Shown in pieces: positions 56,613 through 64,000 of a stretch of 64,000 nt of DNA. Origin of the DNA: Eledone cirrhosa (taxonomy: Eukaryota). Made by a program: the position numbers and the translations under genes. The DNA lies in contig OZ024753.1 of NCBI GenBank assembly GCA_964016885.1, positions 15,438,001-15,502,000 on the forward strand, given 5' to 3'. The number at the start of each line of letters is the position of its first letter. The first letter of the stretch is position 1. The notes below the pieces were generated by a model. That model saw only the letters and a program-made list of their open reading frames with translations, did no database searches and had not been told where the DNA came from.

Positions 56613-58869
56613 GAAAAAGAACAAAGGAACAATTATGACATTACAACAAGTTTATTGCCGACAGCCGTTTCGTCCGACCACATGGTGGGACTTTTCAAGG
56701 CATACAACATGTGACTGTAAGATCATTATCTACATCAACGTATCACTCAAGGCTAGCAGTTTGAAATTGTGGTATACATCAGCAGCTCGGCTTGTATAGT
56801 TGGGGTCTATATTCTAAGGGGGCTCTTCTATATTAGTTGTCGGGGTCAGGGATTGAAGGTTAAAAATTAGATAATATATAATTTACGCATTAACAGTAAA
56901 CTAAAAGACTTGGGGTCCCGTAGAAGCACCTTAAAAAATCCCTCAATAAGTGCATAAAGCTTACAGGCTCCAATAAACCTACTAAACTAGAAGAAATTAA
57001 GAGGCTAATAAAATAAAAAATAAAAATATAAAGTTTCCCTAAAAAAATATATAAAGTTTCCTATGAAATTCCTTCGAGAGAAAAAAGTTTTTTTCCGAAA
57101 GAAAAAAACTTTCTTCCCCCGAGATCACGTTTACAAATTTCAGAAAACTTACGAAGTTTTGATATTCCCTACTAAGTTGAAAGAAACTAATCAATTAAAG
57201 GTTAATTCAAAGAGCCTTCTATAGTTCTCTCAGAAAAGGCCCCTTTAATATTTTTAATAGGAACCTCCTCCGAGAGACCCTTCGAAGAATTATAATTTTA
57301 GAGAGCCTTTAAGGATATATATAAAAACGAATTGAGGAAAACTATACATTAAAAGTTAAAAATTACGGTATTTGGGATATCCGAGGAATTTTCAAAGGGC
57401 TGCTTCAACAGATACAACTTAGGCATAATAGATACAATAATTTAAGTAATTTAAGTAATTTAATTAATTTAATTAGGGAGCAATTCAAAGAGTTTATCAA
57501 GTTGGGCAAGATTAAAGAGAGTGGTAAATAAGAAAATACATAAGCAAAAAGACAATAATTATAAAATGTATTTTTAAGAAGGTATAAGGTAGCTTCAGTA
57601 ATCTAACAATGTATTATCACAAAAAATTATTATAAAATTATTGATACAGGCTTAACAAAGACATAATAATATATATTCCTGCCTAATTAACAAGTAATCA
57701 AAACACTATTAACACTCAGGCAAAATTAGCTCAGGGATATCCCGCGCTCGGATACTTTACACACATACAGCAACACATAGGATTAGCACAGACACAATGG
57801 TATATTCCTGCCTAATTAACAAACAATCGATTAACAATTGATGGTCAAGAAAATGTACTCAGGGATATCCCGCGCACGGATATTTACATACATACAACAG
57901 GATGAACAGTAATGGTGACTGGTGACTTAAATTATTGTATCTATTATGCCTAAGTTGTATCTGCTGAAGCAACCCTTTGAAAATTCCTCGGATATCCCAA
58001 ATACCGTAATTTTTAACTTTTAATGTATAGTTTTCCTCAATTCGTTTTTATATGTATCCTTAAAGGCTCTCTAAAATTTTAATTCTTCGAAGGGTCTCTC
58101 GGAGGAGGTTCCTATTAAAAATATTAAAGGGGCCTTTTCTGAGAGAACTATAGAAGGCTCTTTGAATTAACCTTTAATTGATTAGTTTCTTTCAATTTAG
58201 TAGGGAATATCAAAACTTCGTAAGTTTTCTGAAATTTGTAAACGTGATCTCGGGGGAAGAAAGTTTTTTTCTTTCGGAAAAAAACTTTTTTCTCTCGAAG
58301 GAATTTCATAGGAAACTTTATATATTTTTTTAGGGAAACTTTATATTTTTATTTTTTATTTTATTAGCCTCTTAATTTCTTCTAGTTTAGTAGGTTTATT
58401 GGAGCCTGTAAGCTTTATGCACTTATTGAGGGATTTTTTAAGGTGCTTCTACGGGACCCCAAGTCTTTTAGTTTACTGTTAATGCGTAAATTATATATTA
58501 TCTAATGTTTAACCTTCAATCCCTGACCCCGACAACTAATATAAAAGAGCCCCCTTAGAATATAGACCCCAACTATACAAGCCGAGCTGCTGATGTATAC
58601 CACAATTTCAAACTGCTAGCCTTGAGTGATACGTTGATGTAGATAATGATCTTACAGTCACATGTTGTATGCCTTGAAAAGTCCCACCATGTGGTCGGAC
58701 GAAACGGCTGTCGGCAATAAACTTGTTGTAATGTCATAATTGTTCCTTTGTTCTTTTTCACAAATATTTCTGCTCTGCGTATACGCATAGAGCTTAACTA
58801 GCTACCGTCACATATTTGGTAGGTCAGACGTGATCATCGTGATTCACATACGACCTACCATACATCTTA

Positions 58870-58872
<3 letters not shown>
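56608..58872. mobile_element. Large foldback (~840-bp arms) PLE-like non-coding insertion with tail
   Basis: 56608-57445 is inverted at 57927-58763; HHRs at 56656-56702 (minus) and 58670-58716 (plus). Confidence 0.85.
58670..58716 (+). ncRNA. Type I HHR with compensatory U3:A8 core
   Basis: TGCC-TTGAAAA-GTCC..GGAC-GAAAC GGCT GTC-GGCA, overlapping AATAAA. Confidence 0.8.
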
Positions 58873-58922
<50 letters not shown>

Positions 58923-59204
58923 AAGTGGTCTCGCAGTCCAAGTATACGATATTAGATAGGCCTATATGTCTATAAACATTTGCCTAGTCTTGTTTAGCCA
59001 CTCTGTATTTATACAGATATAACTTCGTCATATATATAATATACATATGTATATTTATAAGTATGTATACACATGTATATATATGTGTGTGTGTGTGTGT
59101 GTGTAGAAAATTATATGTTTAAGAAGACATGCGAATTGGACGGTAAAATGAAAGCAACGAAGAAGTTTGTTAACTGGGATTTATTATTATTATCTTTTCA
59201 AAGG

Positions 59205-59390
59205 GGGCGGTGGATTGGCAATATCGCTAGAGGGTCGGACGCTATGCTTTGACGCATAGAGTTACGGTCCTTGCCATTCTGAGTTCGAATCCCGCCGAGG
59301 TTAACTTTGCCTTTCATCCTTACGGGATCGATAAAATAAAGTACCAGTAATGCACTGGTATAATTGCGGGCCTTGTGCCAAAAAGTAGAA
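59205..59390 (+). mobile_element. tRNA-derived SINE
   Basis: B box GAGTTCGAATCC followed by GCCTTTCATCCTTACGGGATCGATAAAATAAAGTACCAG; several copies in the window. Confidence 0.8.
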
Positions 59391-59984
59391 ACAATTATTA
59401 TTATCTTTTCTTTTTTGGTCCTAATATGTCGGACTTATATCCCTTCCTCGGAGTTTGGAGAAATCTCAGACCAAAATGTTTCGGTCTCATCGCTTTGAAA
59501 TTTGATGTAAATTTAAAATTTAGAAACTGCTTTCAAGGGTTGTGTAGTATCCGTGAGAATCGCAGGAAGACGTCAATTGCTCTATGTATAATCTAATTGA
59601 AGCAAATTTCTTGTGTTATTTGTTGCATTTACGCTGCGTATGAGTGCGTGTGGGTATGTTATTTTATGTAATGTATTGTGTACTGAGTTCCAATCTGTTG
59701 TTGATATAGGGATGGAGCCGTCGTATAAGTAGTGCTTCCTTTATTCTCAGGTTACCCACATATCTCTGGCTTTAATATTGATTGTTATGTGTGCGCGGGC
59801 ACGTGTGTGTGAACATGCGGAGGCAAATTAACAGAATCCTTAGAATGTAGAATATTTACATATTTTCTTGTGGTTTCGATGTTTTTTTCGATGCTTTTTA
59901 TGAAGAATAGTATTTTTCAGTTTACAAGGATATACGTATTTTGGCACCTTTATGCGTGTAAATACTTATAATGTGTAATTCTAT

Positions 59985-60320
59985 ATATAGCCACGATGAT
60001 CGCTATACTGTATATAGCTATAACTCTATATACACATATATACAGCCACGGTGACCGCTATACTGTGGCTATAGGGTTATGACTCTATATACACATATAT
60101 ACAGCCACGGTGACCGCTATACTGTGGCTATAGGGTTATGACTCTATATACACATATATACAGCCACGGTGACCGCTATACTGTATCTATATAGCTATAA
60201 CTCTATATACACATATATATACAGCCACGGTGACCGCTATACTGAGGGTATATAGTATAACTTTAAATACACATATATACACACACGGTGGCCGCTATAC
60301 TGTATGTATATAGCTATAAC
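59985..60320. repeat. ~58-62-bp tandem repeat
   Basis: Six CACG(G/A)TG(A/G)(C/T)CGCTATACTG units. Confidence 0.85.
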
Positions 60321-60345
60321 TTTATAGTATCTATCTATACACATC

Positions 60346-60380
<35 letters not shown>

Positions 60381-60717
60381 GTGTATATGGGTGCGGGTGT
60401 GTGTGCGAGTAAGTGTGTATATATACAAACAAATATATATATATATATATGTCTTTGTGTGTGAATAAAAGGTAAACAAACATTACGGAAATAACAAAAG
60501 AAAAAGCACAGTACATGGAATAAATATATCAGTTTAACGCTTGAAATAGCAGGAAGAGAGACATAACGTTTTGGACACTAGTCCTTCATCAGGAGATAAA
60601 GTTAGAAATACAAGATAAAATAGAAAGTGGTGAGGGGAAGGAACGGGGAAAATGAGAAAACAAAATACACGCGCGTTCAGTCGGCCATCTATCTGTCTAT
60701 CTCTCCCTCCATCCCCG

Positions 60718-60776
<59 letters not shown>

Positions 60777-61048
60777 TATTTGCGAGGGGGTTATCCCGGG
60801 TTCAATCGGGGGTAACCACAGTAAGTAAGGTACTCAATACATGGCAGATGATTTCCTCCGAATAAAACAGTTCTAAACCTTAACGGGATCTTCAGAAGAT
60901 CCCGTTAAGGGTGAAAGCAGCGATTCTTTGCTTAAACTTTAATCTGTTATTTTAATAAATATTTGCTCTACGGTTCTTATATATTTGATATATATTTATC
61001 CTTATCGAACCCTCTTTGGATTTTAGTCTTCAAATTTATTATTATTAC

Positions 61049-61677
<629 letters not shown>

Positions 61678-62229
61678 TTCTACAGGATATATATATATAT
61701 ATTTCAATTGTAATCTTATATTCATTAGTTGCAGTTGTATCCATGCTAAGTTATAATTTGTTTTGCAGTTGACTCGTTATTGCATTAACCACTCACATAC
61801 CACAGAAGGCGCGTTTGTGTTCGTAACATTTTGAATAGATATTTAGACTTTTTACACTGAAAAGAACCTATCATAGGATATAATATAACATAAACTTCTT
61901 TGAATATGTAGTTTAATACAAATGTAATGTAATTATTGATCAACAACTGGAAAATACACAGAATTTTATAAAGCAAAATTGTGTCCGTTTCATTTCTGTT
62001 CGACCCCCAACGGGCTTACTTTCAACAAACTAACGATAATTGATATTTCTACAAGAGATGTTTATTAAATAGGATTGGTTACAATCAGGTGTTGTTCTTT
62101 TTGTACTTATTATTCATAGTTCTGTGTTTGTTCCTTTGACGACAATTAATATAGAATACGTAATTTTTTTAATGGTGCATTCAACTGCGCTTTTGTAAAG
62201 TTGTGACTAAGTGCTGAAGACTTAATGCA

Positions 62230-62775
<546 letters not shown>

Positions 62776-62789
62776 TTATATATATATAT

Positions 62790-62841
<52 letters not shown>

Positions 62842-62856
62842 GTATATATATATATG

Positions 62857-63016
<160 letters not shown>

Positions 63017-63184
63017 CGCACATATATATACATATATATATACATAGGCACATATATATATATGCGTACGCACATATATATATGTATATACAATTTTATA
63101 TATATATACATGTATATATATGTACATATATACACACATATATATACATATATACACACATGTATATATATATACATATATATA

Positions 63185-63680
63185 TAAATGGAATAGAATG
63201 AAACGAAATTTCATTTCTCACTCTTAGTACGGGACTTACTTAAATGTATGTATGTATGTATGTATACGTACATACATATATGTATACAGACGTACAGTAG
63301 TATGTATATATATACATACATGCACACATATATATATGCACGTATCGGTTTACCGAACATATATTATAATGCTCGGTTTGTTTGTTTGTAAACAAACAAA
63401 CAGCCAGAATTACGCCGTACAGCGTTTAGGCAACCACGTCACATTTTTGTTCAACACTGACACAGGAACGATGTACTAGTTTCAAGCTTATTAGCTATCG
63501 TCAGCATCGTATACCTTCCTGCCAGATGGTTGAACGTCTGAAAGTATATACTTTCCTTATGCATATTAACGGCCGAGCAGCCCAATTTGCACACCGAGTG
63601 AGTTCAGTCGGCCGGGCGCACCGAAAATGATAAATGCAATAGAATGAAACGAAATTTCATTTCTCACTCTTAGTACGGCA
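63185..63680 (-). mobile_element. ~446-bp retrozyme-like unit (partial tandem) with intact HHR at 63468-63510
   Basis: GAAATTTCATTTCTCACTCTTAGTACGG at ~63206 and 63651; RC ACGATG-CTGACGA-t-AGC taataa GCT-t-GAAAC TA GTA-CATCGT. Confidence 0.82.
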
Positions 63681-63920
63681 CTTTACTAATTTCACGTTAC
63701 TCCAGTTCACTCGGCTGTAGAAATGAGTTGCGATGTCACTTGTGCCAAGCTGTATCGGACATTGCCTTTCCTTTGGACAACATCGGTGGCGTGGAGAGGG
63801 AAGGCTGGTATACATGGGCGACTGCTGGTCTTCCACAAAACAAACCTTGCCCAGGCTTGTGCCTCGGAGGGAAACTTTCTAGGTGCAAAACCCTGGTCAT
63901 TCGTGACCGACTGGGGCCAA
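63679..63920 (+). mobile_element. SINE 3' portion
   Basis: CACTTT..TTTCACGTTACTCC continues the CORE-like segment seen at 19170-19191. Confidence 0.5.
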
Positions 63921-63930
63921 AGAAGAAAAA

Positions 63931-63989
<59 letters not shown>

Positions 63990-64000
63990 ACATGTATATG

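Overview
AT-rich eukaryotic repeat-dominated DNA with no recognisable host gene. The (TA)n load and the tRNA-derived SINEs suggest an invertebrate, probably a cephalopod such as Octopus (inference). Nearly all listed ORFs are microsatellite artefacts. Real coding remnants: a 5'-truncated, frameshifted Penelope-like element (PLE; RT + GIY-YIG, Nematis-like, ~7055-9056), a 5'-truncated Neptune-like PLE (28843-30693), three more PLE endonuclease C-terminal fragments, and decayed RTE and CR1/L2-type LINE pieces. Non-autonomous Helitron-like elements, SINEs and minisatellites are also present. The main signal is non-coding. Most unique-sequence islands embedded in (TA)n tracts are PLE pseudo-LTR or retrozyme-like units in inverted or tandem arrangements. 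By eye they carry more than 25 type I hammerhead ribozyme (HHR) motifs from over a dozen distinct families. These have family-specific palindromic helix III sequences, a recurrent compensatory U3:A8 core variant and, in some families, very long helix II inserts. They include a 312-bp retrozyme-like tandem array that flips orientation inside the ribozyme. All folds were read manually and none was computed or tested.
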